Assembly: GCA_009602735.1 (NCBI GenBank)
Contig: WELA01001462.1
Span: 181,539-236,874, forward strand
From: Mesotaenium endlicherianum
Taxonomy: Eukaryota
Direction: 5' to 3'
DNA: 55,336 bases
The position numbers were made by a program, and so were the translations under genes. The notes beneath the pieces were generated by a model. That model saw nothing but the letters and a program-made list of their open reading frames with translations. It did not search any database and was not told the origin of the DNA. This document shows, in pieces, positions 1 through 11,647 of this stretch. Position 1 is the stretch's first letter. Each line of letters opens with the position of its first letter.

Positions 1-467
1 ATTCTTGAAGTGATGTCATTCTTGATCTCGATAGTACCGGTCCTCCAATCAACTCGGGGGTTGTGCTTGGTCAACCAAGGCGTCCCTAGGATGACGTCGT
101 ACTTGCCCAATTGCATGGGGGAGAACACTACTCTATCCTTGAAGGACTTGATAGAGAGTGCCAAGGGGTACGTCTTCTTGGAAGGGGTAGTATAGGAGAA
201 TCCATCGGGCATCATAATCTCCTCGTCGTGGTCAAGAGTTCGCATAGTAATACCGTGCTTGGTGGCAAAATCTGCAGCAATGAAGTTGCCTTGAGCTCCG
301 CTATCCACCAAGATGTGGACCTTCTCTCCTCCAAGGTAACCTCTCAAACTCATTGGGGCTGGAACGTCGTCTTCAACGGGGGTCTCCACCTCACTTGGCG
401 TGTTGCCTTCTCGTGAAGTGGGTCTTGGGGTGGTAGGCTCCTGGCCTACCGGCGCTGTCCGTTTTTT
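1..467 (-). CDS. pol: pol N-terminus (aspartic protease), -1 frame relative to gag; truncated by window edge
   Basis: Manual translation gives ...KVHILVDSGAQGNFIAADF...YDVILGTPWLTKHNPRVDW..., open from the slippery site to the window edge. Confidence 0.9.
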
Positions 468-1651
468 GACAACTTTTTGGGGCATGAAAGTGCACGATGG
501 CCCTTTTCCTTGCAATAGAAGCATAGTCCAGCCGTCATGAGAGCTTCTTTTTCAGCCGGGGAGAGTCTTGCTTTCACTCCTTGCTGGTTTCTTGCATCAT
601 AAGTGTCATTGGAGGGTCTTCCACTCTTCCGGGCAGCCGCAAGGTCCCTTTTAATAACTCCGATTTCCATGGGTGTGGGTCCAGATTTGGATGTGGAAGG
701 GGCTGCGTACACCCGCGTCACCGGAACCCGGGAAGATGGAGGCACGGAGTGCTTGAAATCCAAGGTATCCACCTTTTGGGCCACTTCATTGATCCTTGAG
801 AAGTCCGTCAAGTCGCGTAATTCCACTTCCTTTGCCACCTTGGGCTTGAGGCCAAAGATGTAGCGGTCAATCTTCTCCTCGAGAGACATGTTGGGGATCT
901 CAAGAGTGAGGGCGTGAAATCTGGATGTATACTCTTGAACGGACGTCGTTTGCTTGAGATGGTGGAGCTTTCCTCGGGCAATCTTCTCCGCATTGATGGG
1001 CATGAATTGCTTCTTGAGGGCCTCACGAAAATCTGCCCATCTTGCATATGATGGTGGGGGCTCTTGGCCGAGCATGGGGTGCGCCATAGCTTGATATATA
1101 GCCGCTTGATAGTTACGCCACCATGATGTTGCTGCTCCTCTAAGTAAGGTAACGGCAAAGGGAACGTAGTCCTCCTCGGGTACTTCAAGGAACGCGAGGT
1201 ACGTCTCCACTTGGTAGAGCCATAAATTCAGGTTGGCACCTTTCCCGGGGTTGAAAGTGTCAGGTTTGCCGGGCTTGATGAGTTTCCTTGCTCTCGTTGG
1301 CTCTTGTGGAGGCGCTTGAGCCGGGGCTGGATTTTGAGCATTGCTCGCAATAGGGGCAACCATGGCAGCCATAGCTTCTCTTGACGCTTGCACGGTTGCT
1401 TCATAGGTGGCCAAGCCCACTTGGTTGTGGACGGTCATTAGGAAGGCTGCCCACTCATTTGCGGGAACTCCTTGTGGTGGGGTCAACTTTGCTATAGCGG
1501 CTGCCACGGGATTTGACGGTGCTCCTCCTTGTGGTGCTTCTTGTTGTTGCAGATTTTCTTGAGTGGGCTCTCCCATCGGCGCTGGAGGAGGGTGTCTTGG
1601 AGAGGAAGGCCTTCCTTCAAAAGCTTGCTGTTGGTCTTGAGGATCGGCCAT
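446..1651 (-). CDS. gag: Retrotransposon Gag, family A (capsid plus CCHC zinc knuckle)
   Basis: 401-aa ORF with LRGAATSWW, LKQTTSVQEY, GPTPMEI and CFYCKEKGHRALSC motifs. Confidence 0.93.
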   Translation of the reverse strand: MADPQDQQQAFEGRPSSPRHPPPAPMGEPTQENLQQQEAPQGGAPSNPVAAAIAKLTPPQGVPANEWAAFLMTVHNQVGLATYEATVQASREAMAAMVAPIASNAQNPAPAQAPPQEPTRARKLIKPGKPDTFNPGKGANLNLWLYQVETYLAFLEVPEEDYVPFAVTLLRGAATSWWRNYQAAIYQAMAHPMLGQEPPPSYARWADFREALKKQFMPINAEKIARGKLHHLKQTTSVQEYTSRFHALTLEIPNMSLEEKIDRYIFGLKPKVAKEVELRDLTDFSRINEVAQKVDTLDFKHSVPPSSRVPVTRVYAAPSTSKSGPTPMEIGVIKRDLAAARKSGRPSNDTYDARNQQGVKARLSPAEKEALMTAGLCFYCKEKGHRALSCPKKLSKNGQRR

Positions 1652-1675
1652 CTTCTTGTGCTACCAAAGTGCCTA

Positions 1676-1687
1676 GCTCCGATACCA
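1676..1687 (-). promoter_or_regulatory. Primer binding site, tRNA-iMet type (TGGTATCGGAGC)
   Basis: Lies 1 nt from the LTR end and matches the plant chromovirus PBS TGGTATCAGAGC with one A>G. Confidence 0.9.
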
Positions 1688-1688
1688 C

Positions 1689-2186
1689 TGTAGTGAAACA
1701 GATAGGTTAAGTACTTAGTGAAATGAAATACTTTATTCAAGACAAGGATCTTTGAACACAAGTGGTAGCTTCTTGAAAGAGAGATGGCTTCTTGAAAGTT
1801 AATATATTTCTGGATTTTGGCAAGTACAAGAGTGATTCTCCAATGTCTTTCTATGTTCTAGCTCTTGTTTATATACTTGCTACATAAGTAATTTTCAGGA
1901 AAGTGTATGTTGATGTGTTGGCACCCAACACATCCCAAAACTTGCCACCTCTTTCTAGAATAATGTACACATGTCCTTTTGACCTAAAAATGGCACATTT
2001 GACTTTTGCCACATGGAGTTCTTCTAGGTCTTTCCTCTAACTTTGAAATGCCTTGGAAGGTTCAAAGGACATGAATCAAGTTACTAGAGTACCTATTCAC
2101 ACTTGCCTCCACACAATACTACTCCAAATATATTTGAAAACATTAAAATATATGCAAACTAATATATAATAACTCAAATCAATACA
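1689..2186 (-). repeat. Family A 5' LTR (~498 bp)
   Basis: TGTAGTG...CAATACA ends; closely similar to 29734-30236 and 31355-31857. Confidence 0.93.
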
Positions 2187-2820
2187 ATTTTGGTTAAAAT
2201 TGAGTCTGCTGGACCTTATAAAATAATGAGTTTAATGACTCAACCGGGAGCAGCAGGTTGAAGTCAACTTAGGTCAGCTTGCTGACACATTCTTTGACAG
2301 CCAGCTGATTTCCGTACTCGGTAGCAGCGAACTGCCTAGATATGCATCTAAGTGTGGTGTGCTAAATGACATCCTTAGGATGGATGGCGATTCGGGATGA
2401 TGGGAGATGGCGGTGGATTTGGTTAACCGAGGTCCTACCAAAGTGGTTAACTCCCGGGTAGGCGGTGCCATCGCACTGGCCGTTGAACAGTAAACTCATT
2501 CCATGTACATATGCTAGTTATCGCTCTCGAGTTTGGCATATGAAAACGAGGCCAACTCTCTTCTACAGCTTACGGAGAGAGATCTGAATCCAACGCGAGA
2601 CGCCATTGATATGCACTGTCTTGTAGCCTTGCTTATGTACGAGTTTACTGATTGCATTATTGATGCTAGTTTACTTCCATTTGACTTGCGAGTATTGTCC
2701 ACTGCTAGTGTGTTGTCTTTTGCTGTTGGATCAATGAACAAAAAATACCATAAAGATTACTTGCTGATATAAAAATCTTCATTAATTGTAATTGCCTATT
2801 TGGTAAGTCAATTCATTTCA
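2187..2820 (+). repeat. Family B 5' LTR, 3' portion (split by the family A insertion)
   Basis: Homologous to 10930-11647 but more diverged. Confidence 0.9.
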
Positions 2821-2854
2821 GTGGTATTGGAGCCGTTATCACAGTCCTCTTTGT

Positions 2855-5800
2855 ATGGTAAGGACAAGGTCTCAAACTAGCAACTCTCGAGACATGGAGG
2901 ACCAGGATAACGAGAATGTCGAAAATCAGGCTGAAAGCCATGTAGCGAGAACCCGTACTCATTATGAAGCAGTGGCAGATGAGGACACTACTCAGCGAGT
3001 GGATGCCATTGCTACTGCTGCATTTGCTAGACTCCCACCTCAGAGTGTGGATTTGGGAGCATCATATGTGCAAATGGAATCGCAAATGGCGAGCATGTAT
3101 TAGTCCCCCCTATCCTACTGCATTGCATGATTGCAGGAAGGAAGGTGAGGGCATTTGTTGACGGAGGGACGTCACATACTTTCATCTATAAGGACTTAGT
3201 TAAGCGGCTAAGGCTGCCTACTGTCACCCAAGGGAACTGAAAAATATTCCTTGGAGATGCCTCAAGTATCCCGAGAGGAATTATAACCAAGCCTATTGAG
3301 GTCCAGTTAGGTTCTGGCATTGCAGTTTTTACTGAAACGCTTACATTTTTTTGGCACCCATCGGTGCTCTTCCTCTTGTCCTGTATGGATGACAAATGAA
3401 GGAAAAGAAGAGGCTTTCAAGAGGATGAAAGCTGGAACCAGAAGGAAGACGTAATGTTCAGTCTGCTGCTAAAAGAAGTTCCGTCCCAACCTGAAGAGGT
3501 GGTTGAGAAAAAGGTGAGCCCTCTGAAGCAGCCTACTGCTGCCAAAATTGTTGCTCAAGATACTGATGTTTCTAATATGCCTCCAGGACTGCCCCCTAAG
3601 AGGGAAGTAGATCTTAGGATTTATTTATCACCTGGGAGTCAGCCACCTTGGCAACGCACCTATGGCTTGTCTTATGTAGAGAGCGAAGAGTTGGAAACAC
3701 AGATTGCAGAGCTGAAGGAGAATGGTTATGTTTCCCCCTGTCAATCACCATATGGCGCACCCATCCTATTTGTTAAGAAAAAGGATGGAAGTGTGCGGAT
3801 GTTAGTTGATTACAGAGCTCATAACAGAATTACAGTAAAGAACAAGTATGCTTTACCCTGAATTGAGGACTTGCTTGATACCCTGTCTGGTGCTCAAGTG
3901 TTCAGCAAGATCAATCTCAAGAATGGTTATCAGTAAATTAGAATTCTGAAGAAGATGAACACAAGACTGCCTTCTGCACACGTTATGGATACTATGAGTT
4001 TAACGTGATGCCATTTGGACTGACTAATGCTCCTGCAATCTTCATGACTGTTATGAATGACTTTTTAAGACCTTACCTGGATAAGTTTGTGCAAGTCTTC
4101 CTGGATGATATTTTAATTTTCTCTGAAGATGAAGCTCAGCATGCTAAACACTTAAAGACAGTCATGGACACTTTGAGAAGAAATCAGTTATATGCTAAAA
4201 TGAGCAAGTGTAATTTCTTCAAGGAAAGTATTGAATTCTTAGGCCACGTTGTCAGTAAAAAAGGCATCAGTGTGGATCCTAAGAAAGTCCAAACCATAAG
4301 GAAGTGGCCTGTACCACAGTCTCTCTTTGAAGATAGATCCTTCCTTGGGTTGGCTAACTACTATAGGAGATTTATTGAGAATTATTCTACAAAGGACAGT
4401 AAACTGACTGACCTTACCAAGAAAGACATAGGGTTTGTGTGGGGGGAAGAGCAGCAGGCTGCCTTCCAGACCCTTAAAAGATGCTCTTTGTTCTGCCCCA
4501 GTGCTAGCCGTGTATGACCCCAGCAAACCTGTGCAGGTGGTTACTGATGCTTCTGACTTTGCCATGGGTGCTATTTTGTTGCAGCCTGCTGAAAAAACCA
4601 CAAAGGATGGTAAGGTACGACAGGAGTGGCACTCTATACTGTATGAGTCTATGAAATTCAACTCAGCTGAAATTAACTATTTTGTGCATGATAAAGAGCT
4701 ACTTGCTATCATTTATGTGCTCAAACAGTGGAAAGCAAACTTACATGGTAAAGCTTTTAAGGTGATTACAATCATCTAGCTCTGACTCACTTTTAGAAGA
4801 AGTCCAAGCTGTAAAGGAGGGAGAACCGCTGGAGCCAGATGCTGGAGCAATTCCAAGTCCAGATTGACTACAAACCAGGGAAGTTGAATACTGCTGATGC
4901 ACTCTCTAGAAGACCTGACTTGCAAGGAAAGAATTTTAGTCAGCATGCTGTAGATAAAGTTCTTTGTGCAATCACTTCATCAAAGGTGAAAAAGTCCTTC
5001 CTTGAACAACTTAAGAAAGCCTACTTTTCTGACCCTACATTTGAGCCCAGCTCCACTGATGGTGTGTGTCCTGCTACTGCACTCAGGGATAGGCTTAAGG
5101 GAGGGGGGTGATTGAAACCACTTCAGGGAGGCTGAAGCTGGTCATTTCTAGTAACTTGGAAATGCGGTCACTCTTACTGAGTCAAGCGCATGACAGTTTA
5201 CTGGGTGGGCATGTAGGGCAGGCCAAAACTGTTGGCAAATTGGCAAAACATTATCATTGGGATGGATTGCCACGGGAGGTCTTGAAATATGTTAAGTCAT
5301 GTGATCAGTGTCAGAGAAATAAGTCTAGGCACACACCACCGGGGGGTCTCGTACAACCACTGCCCATCCCAGCTGGATGCTGGGAAACAATATTCATGGA
5401 CTGGGTGGTAACATTACCACGAACTGCCAATGGGCATGATTCGATACTGGTAGTAGTGGATATACTGATAAAAATGGTCATTTTCATCCCCACAACTGTC
5501 AAAGTAACTGCACTCGAAACAGCGAGACGGTTCTACAACCATGTAGTATGCCAACATGGGCTACTCTCTAATATCATCTCAGACAGAGACTCCAAATTTA
5601 CCTCTAAGTTTTGGAGAGCTTTAATGGGGTTAATGGGAGTCAAACAGCAAACCACCCTCAGACTGATGGGCAGACTGAAAGAACCGATCGAGTTTTGCAA
5701 GAGGTGCTTAGAGCATATATTAACCAAAAACAAGACAATTGGGATAATCTGTTGCTTCAAATCCAGCTTGCGGTCAACAGTGCGGTGCACGCGTCAACGG

Positions 5801-6480
5801 GCAAGACTCCTTTTGAACTGAGCCTGGGTAAAGTCCCTAAGTCTTCTTCAGATGTACTAGGAAAGTCTTTAACTCACCTTGAAGGGATTGACAATCCGGT
5901 CTCCTTACAATTAACCCAGGAGTTTGCTGACACTCTGTCAGAAGTCCAACAGAACCTGCACAAAGCCCAAGAAAATCAACAAAAATACGCTTATCAGCAC
6001 CGTCGAGAGCTGACATTCTCTAAGGGCAATTTGGTCAAACCGCATTCTCAACAGTTGTACCTGCCTAGTGTGGTCAAGAAAAAGCTTGGTCCGGTCTGGG
6101 TCGGTCCATATTCAGTGGTGCGCCGTGTCGGTCAGAATGCTTACAAACTAAACATGTCAGTAGAATACAAGGGTCACCTAGCCTTTAATATCTCCTTGCT
6201 GGAATCGTACATCAAAGGTGACACACTATTCACAGGTTGGTTACCAGTCCAACCGGGACCGATCCCCGCTGTCAGGCATGGTGACCCTGAGAATTATGAG
6301 GTCGAGGAGTTTTTAGACGCTCGCTCTGTCCGTCAATCATCTAAATATGTCATGAAGTACGTGGTCAGATGGAAGGGGTACGATGCCTCTGGGGACACTT
6401 GGGAATTTAAAGACCAGCTGACCAATACCAAAGGGGCGTTGAAGCGGTTCCACCTTCGGGCGGCTGGCACACCTCCCTAA
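2855..6480 (+). pseudogene. pol: gag-pol pseudogene (PR-RT-RH-IN-chromodomain) with many stops, frameshifts and deletions
   Basis: Motifs [39 protein letters not shown] zinc finger, HPQTDGQTER, GPY and YVVRWKGYDASGDTWE. Confidence 0.93.
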
Positions 6481-6832
6481 CTGTCATTTCAGTTGCCATG
6501 GACAAGTGACAGGAGGTCCTGTCTCCAGGTAGGTTGGAGGGGAACGTGACAGTTAGTGACAGATATTGACTGTTGTGACAGGCAACCCACCTTAAAATTA
6601 AGTTGGAGGGAGTGTGTTCCGTCTCGGGATCAGCCAGGCAATGTTCTATGTAACCATTCTACACACTCAACCTGAGCTCACACTCACTTTTTCTCTCTGA
6701 CTCAATTCTCCTCGTATACTCACTCACACAAGGTATTACACACTTGGAACTCTCCCTACCATGTTCTTCTCCACCAAGGGTACTCAGTAGCGGCAAAGTA
6801 CCATGACTTCACTGACTGCATTTTGTTTATGA

Positions 6833-8330
6833 TTGAGCAGGATGACTCAGAAGTTGGAACTCAAGAGGAAGAGAAGAGCGGAAGAGGCACATGCAGAATA
6901 CTTGCAATTCCATGGCGAAATCGAATCATCCTCCATCTCCGCTCGGGAATCACAACGACTCCAACAACAGCGGGAGGCACAGAAGAAGAAGGAGGAGGAG
7001 GAACAGGCGAGATTGAGGCAGGAAGAACTGGACAGAAAAGTTGCAGAGGAGGCCAAGAAGGCAGAGGAGGAGAGGCAAGCTGAGGAGAGGCGAAAGCAAC
7101 AGGCTGAAGAAGAACAGAGGAGAATCAGCAGATACCGCTACACAGTGTTGGACAAGGGCTTTGATTTACTGGAGGAGGCCTTCAAGTATGCTTAAAGAAG
7201 TCGCAGTGAGTCGTGGAAGAACATCGTGCAGAGGGAAGGGGAAACATCCAAAAACTTTGACAAGTATATAGAGGTCAGCACAGGACTCTTCTCTACCACA
7301 ATTATGCCAGGATGGTAGGATATACGGTCAGAGAGGCCAAGGCAATGGCCCAAGTGAATGAGGAAGGAGCTGTATCGATTCCGGGTATCTGGGGGAAAGA
7401 TAGGATCATCAGGATGATCCCTATGGACGCGGACAGCTTTAAGGACTCTACATCCCATAACAGGTCCAAGGCCATGTATAATGAGGTGGAGAGAAGGAGC
7501 TGGAATTCTTGGCCAGGGAAACTAGTGAGCTGGACTTCTTAGGGCATTAGTACCCTTGGACGCTGAAAAGGACAGACTCTGCCTTCTTCCAAAAGCCCAC
7601 CAATTGGCGGTGGATGACCATCAACATGAGGGACCAGCAAAACGACAAGGCAGGGAAGGAAGATTTCCTAACAGACCTACAGGGGAACATAGTGTTGCCC
7701 CCTCACATAGCAGTTTGGGACGCAAGATTGGATGGAGTAAGAGACTGCATGAGTCAAAAAATGCAGGAGGACAGGAGCAGGGCCCGAGAGTCATTCTTTA
7801 AAGGAAAGCACGCTTATGCCAAATGGGCAAGCAAGCAAGGAGAGAAAGATCTGTATGCGGTCAGGACTCAACAGCCTCCACCAGCACCCAAAAGGGGGAG
7901 GTTAGTGGGGTATTCTTTTTCTCGGGAAGAGCTCGAGCAGCTGACAGAGGAGACCCCAGCAGTCTCAGAGGAGCCAGGGGAAGAAGAGGAGGAGTTAGAG
8001 GAAGAAGAGGAGGAGTCAGAGGAAGAAGAGGAGGAAGGCGAGGAAGAGGACACTAGCCCCGCTGTGACCCAGACACCTGCCACATCCCCTGTAATGGAGA
8101 AGACTGGGTTGGCCAGGGCAGACATAGTCCTGCACCAGCTCGCTGAAGAAGGAGATATCACTTGGCTGGGAACTGCCAGAGGACAGAGCGCATCTGCAGG
8201 CGCAGAGACCCCTTCAGACAGGCTAGACAGGAGGGCTGCTAGAGAAATAACCAGAGGCCTGCCAGCATCTCCCTCGCAGAGAGGACATGTGCCCTTGGCA
8301 CATGTCATGCAACATCCTTATGGGATGCCG
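6833..8330 (+). pseudogene. Family B accessory ORF3, copy 1 (frameshifted, 3'-truncated)
   Basis: ORF pieces 6833-7195, 7312-7542 and 7614-8330 align with 9158-10811. Confidence 0.85.
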
Positions 8331-9157
8331 GAACAACCATGTAGTATGCCAACATGGACTACCCTCTAATATCATCTCAGACCGAGACTCAAAATTTACC
8401 TCTAAGTTCTGGAGAGCTTTAATGGGGTTAATGGGAGTCAAACAGCTGCTCAGCACAGCAAACCACCCTCAGACTGATGGGCAGATTGAAAGAAGTAACC
8501 GAGTTCTGCAGGAGGTGCTGAGAGCATATATTAACCAAAAACAAGATAATTGGGATGACCTGTTGCCTCAAATTCAGTTTGCGGTCAACAATGCGGTGCA
8601 CGCGTCAACGGGCAAGACTCCTTTTGAACTCAGCCTGGGTAGAGTCCCTAAGTCTCCTTCAGATGTACTGGGGGAGTCTTTAACTCACCCTGAAGGGATT
8701 GACAATCGGGTCTCCCCCCAGTTAAGTTTGCTGACATCCTGTCAGAAGTCCAACAGAACCTGCACAAAAGCTCAAGAAAACCAACAAAAATACGCTAATC
8801 AACACCGTCGGGAGCTGACATTTTCTAAGGGCAATGTAGTCAAACTGCATTCTCAGCACCTGTACCTCCCTGGTGTGGTCAAGAAAAAGCTTGGCCCCGT
8901 CTGGGTCGGTCCATATTCGGTGGTACGTCGTGTCGGTCAAAATGCTTTTAAACTGAACATGTCAGCGGAAAATCTCTGATAACCATATTACACACTCAAC
9001 CTGCGCTCACACTCACTTTCTCTCTAACTCATTTTTCCTTATATTCACTCACACCAGGTCTTTCACACTAGGAACTCTACCGATCGCGTTCCTCTTCATC
9101 AAGGGCACTCAGAAGCTGCAAAATATCATGACTTCACTAACTGCATTGTGGTTATGA

Positions 9158-10811
9158 TTGAGCAGGATGACTCAGAAGTTGAAACTCAAGAGGAAGAGAA
9201 GGGCGGAAGAGGCACATGCAGAATACTTGCAATTCCGTGGAGACATCGAATCATCCTCCATCTCCGCTTGGGAATCACAACGACTCCAACAACAGCGGGA
9301 GGCACAGAAGAAGAAGGAGGAGGAGGAACAAGCCAGAATGAGGCAGGAAGAACTGGATAGAAAAGCTGCAGAGGAAGCCAAGAAAGCAGAGGAGGAGAGG
9401 CAAGCTGAGGAGAGGCGGAAGCATCAGGCTAAAGAAGAGCAGAGGAGAATCAGCAGCTACCGCTTCGATCTACTGGAGGAGGCCTTCAAGTATGCTCAGA
9501 GAAGTCGCAGTAAGTCACAGAAGGACATCCTCCAGAGGGAAGGAGAGACATCCGAAAACTTTGACAAGTATATAGAGGCCAGCACGGGGCTCCTCCTCTA
9601 CCACGATAACGCCAGGATGGTGGGATATACGGTCAGAGAGGCCAAGGCAATGGCCCAGGTGAACAAAGCAGGGGCTGTATCGATTCCTGGTATCTGGGGG
9701 GAAGATAGGGTCATCAAGATGATCCCCATGGACGCGGACAGCTTTAAGGACTCTACATCCCATAGCAGGTTCAAGGCCATGTATAATGAGGTGGAGAGAA
9801 GGAGCTGGGAATTCTTGGCCAGGGAAACCAGTCAGCTGGAATTTCCAGGGCACTGGTACCCTTGTACTCTGAAAAGGACAAACCCTGCCTTCTTCCAGAA
9901 GCCCACCGATTGGCGGTGGATGACCATCAACATGAGGGACCAGCAGAATGACAGGGCGACGGATGAGGATTTCCTGACAGACCCAAAAGGGAACATAGTA
10001 TTGCCCCCTCACATTGCGGCTTGGGACCCAAGATTGGATGGAGTCGGAGAGTGCATGAGCCAAGAAATGCAGGGGGACAGAAGCAGGGCCCGAGAGTCAT
10101 TCTCAAAAGGGAAGCACGCTTATGCCAAATGGGCAAGCAAGCAGGGGGAAAAGGACCTGTATGCGGTCCGGACTCAGCAGCCCCCACCAGCACCCAAAAG
10201 GGGAAGGTCAGTGGGATATTCTTTTTCTCGGGAAGAACTGGAGCAGCTGACAAAAAGAGACCCCAGAAGTCTCAGAGGAACCCGGGGACGGAGAGGAGGA
10301 CGAGTCAAAGGAAGACAAGGAGGAAGGCTAAGAGGAGGACACTAGTCCCGCCGTGATCCTGACACCTGCCACATCCCCTGTAAGGGAGAAGACTGAGTCG
10401 GCCCTGCAGCAGCTCGCTGAAGAGGAGGATATCACTTGGTTGGGAACTGCCATAGGACAGAGCCCATCTCCAGGCACGGAGACCCAGTCAGACAGGGCAG
10501 ACAGGAGGGCTGCTAGAGAAATACCCAGAGGCCTGCCGGCATCTCCCTCGCAGAGAGGGCATGTACCCTTAGCTCATGTCATGCAACATCCTTCTGGGAT
10601 GCCGATATATGTACCGGTCAATTTGAGGGCTGCCCAAGAGAAGGCTGCCTCCATTCACTTTCAGACCGTGCAGGAGGAAATAACACAGTTACGGCGTTCT
10701 TCGCTGGGTCCCTACACGGAGCCTCCCTCTCTGACAGGCTTCAGAAGACCCCAAGACGAGAGGAGGACTGACTCCCCTGACCATAGGGCCCCAGGGGCAT
10801 CTCCCACCTAA
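9158..10811 (+). pseudogene. Family B accessory ORF3, copy 2 (~550 aa, frameshift near 10255)
   Basis: ORFs 9158-10345 and 10353-10811: coiled coil, globular Trp-rich core, acidic linker, conserved C-terminal motif. Confidence 0.87.
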
Positions 10812-10929
10812 GGGCGAAGGGCTAGGAGCACAGCATGCTGGATGGGAGAGGGATCAGTAATTTCAGTTGACGAAACCTATGTACCCTGTGTCAGTGTTGT
10901 CGAGGCAACAACGTATTAGTTGGAGGGAC

Positions 10930-11647
10930 TGTAATGAATCAGTATATTGGTTGATATAATATTCATTTAAATATAACAGGTTAGTAAGTTGAGCCTGCTG
11001 AACTCTAGTTCATAATCAATCTGCTGGACTTCATATTTAATATCAATTTAACGACTCAGCCGGAATAGCAGGCTGGAGTCAGCTTAAGTCAGCTTGCTGA
11101 CACATTCTTTGACAGCCAGCTGACTTCCGTACTCGGTAGCAGCGTACTGCCTCGATATGCATCTAAGTGTGGTATGCTTGATGAATGGCCAGATGACATC
11201 CCTATGATGGATGGCGATTCGGGATGATGGGAGATGGCGGTGGATTTGGTTAACCGAGGTCCTACCAACGTGGTTAACTCCCGGGTAGGCGGTGCCATCG
11301 CACTGGCCGTTGAACAGTAAACTCATTCCATGTACATATGGTAGGCATTGCTCTCGAGTTCGGCATTCGGAAACGAGGCCAACTCTCTTGTACAGCTTAC
11401 TGAGAGAGATCTGAATCCAAGGCGAGAAGCCATTGATACGCACTGTCTTCTAACCTTGCTTATGTATGAGTTTATTGATTGCATTATTGATGCTAGTTTA
11501 CTCGCATTTGACTTACGAGTGTTGTTCACTGCTAGTGTGTTGTCCTTTGCCGTTTAATCAGTTAACGAAAAATCCACAAAGAATCCTTGCTGATATAAAG
11601 ATCTTTATTACTTGTTAATCGCCTATTTGGTAAGTCGATTCATTTCA
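10930..11647 (+). repeat. Family B 3' LTR (718 bp)
   Basis: TGTAATGAATC...GATTCATTTCA inverted termini; preceded by the PPT. Confidence 0.95.

Larger units (their letters stand above)
1..2186 (-). mobile_element. Ty3/Gypsy LTR retrotransposon family A, 5' part (5' LTR, PBS, gag, protease); continues beyond the left window edge; inserted into a family B LTR
   Basis: LTR 1689-2186, PBS 1676-1687, intact gag ORF and protease in the -1 frame. Sequence right of 2186 resumes in the middle of a family B LTR. Confidence 0.93.
2187..8330 (+). mobile_element. Degenerate family B Gypsy element (copy B1): partial 5' LTR, PBS, deleted gag, decayed pol with chromodomain, ORF3 truncated at 8330
   Basis: LTR remnant 2187-2820 ends ATTCATTTCA, PBS TGGTATTGGAGC at 2822-2833. 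Colinear with copy B3, with deletions near 3100 and 3350. Confidence 0.92.
8333..11647 (+). mobile_element. 3' half of family B copy B2 (integrase C-part, chromodomain deleted near 8970, ORF3, PPT, 3' LTR)
   Basis: Starts abruptly at ACAACCATGTAGTATGCC inside integrase. PPT AGTTGGAGGGAC precedes the LTR at 10930, which is followed by CGCCG. Confidence 0.92.

Noticed and set aside
9158..10811. Calling ORF3 an env gene
   Set aside because: No signal peptide, fusion peptide or transmembrane segment; the protein is highly charged.
2187..11647. Reading 2187-11647 as one element with a tandemly duplicated integrase-ORF3
   Set aside because: The two LTRs are quite diverged. The 8333-11647 piece matches the 33750-38767 half by breakpoint, TSD and LTR variants.
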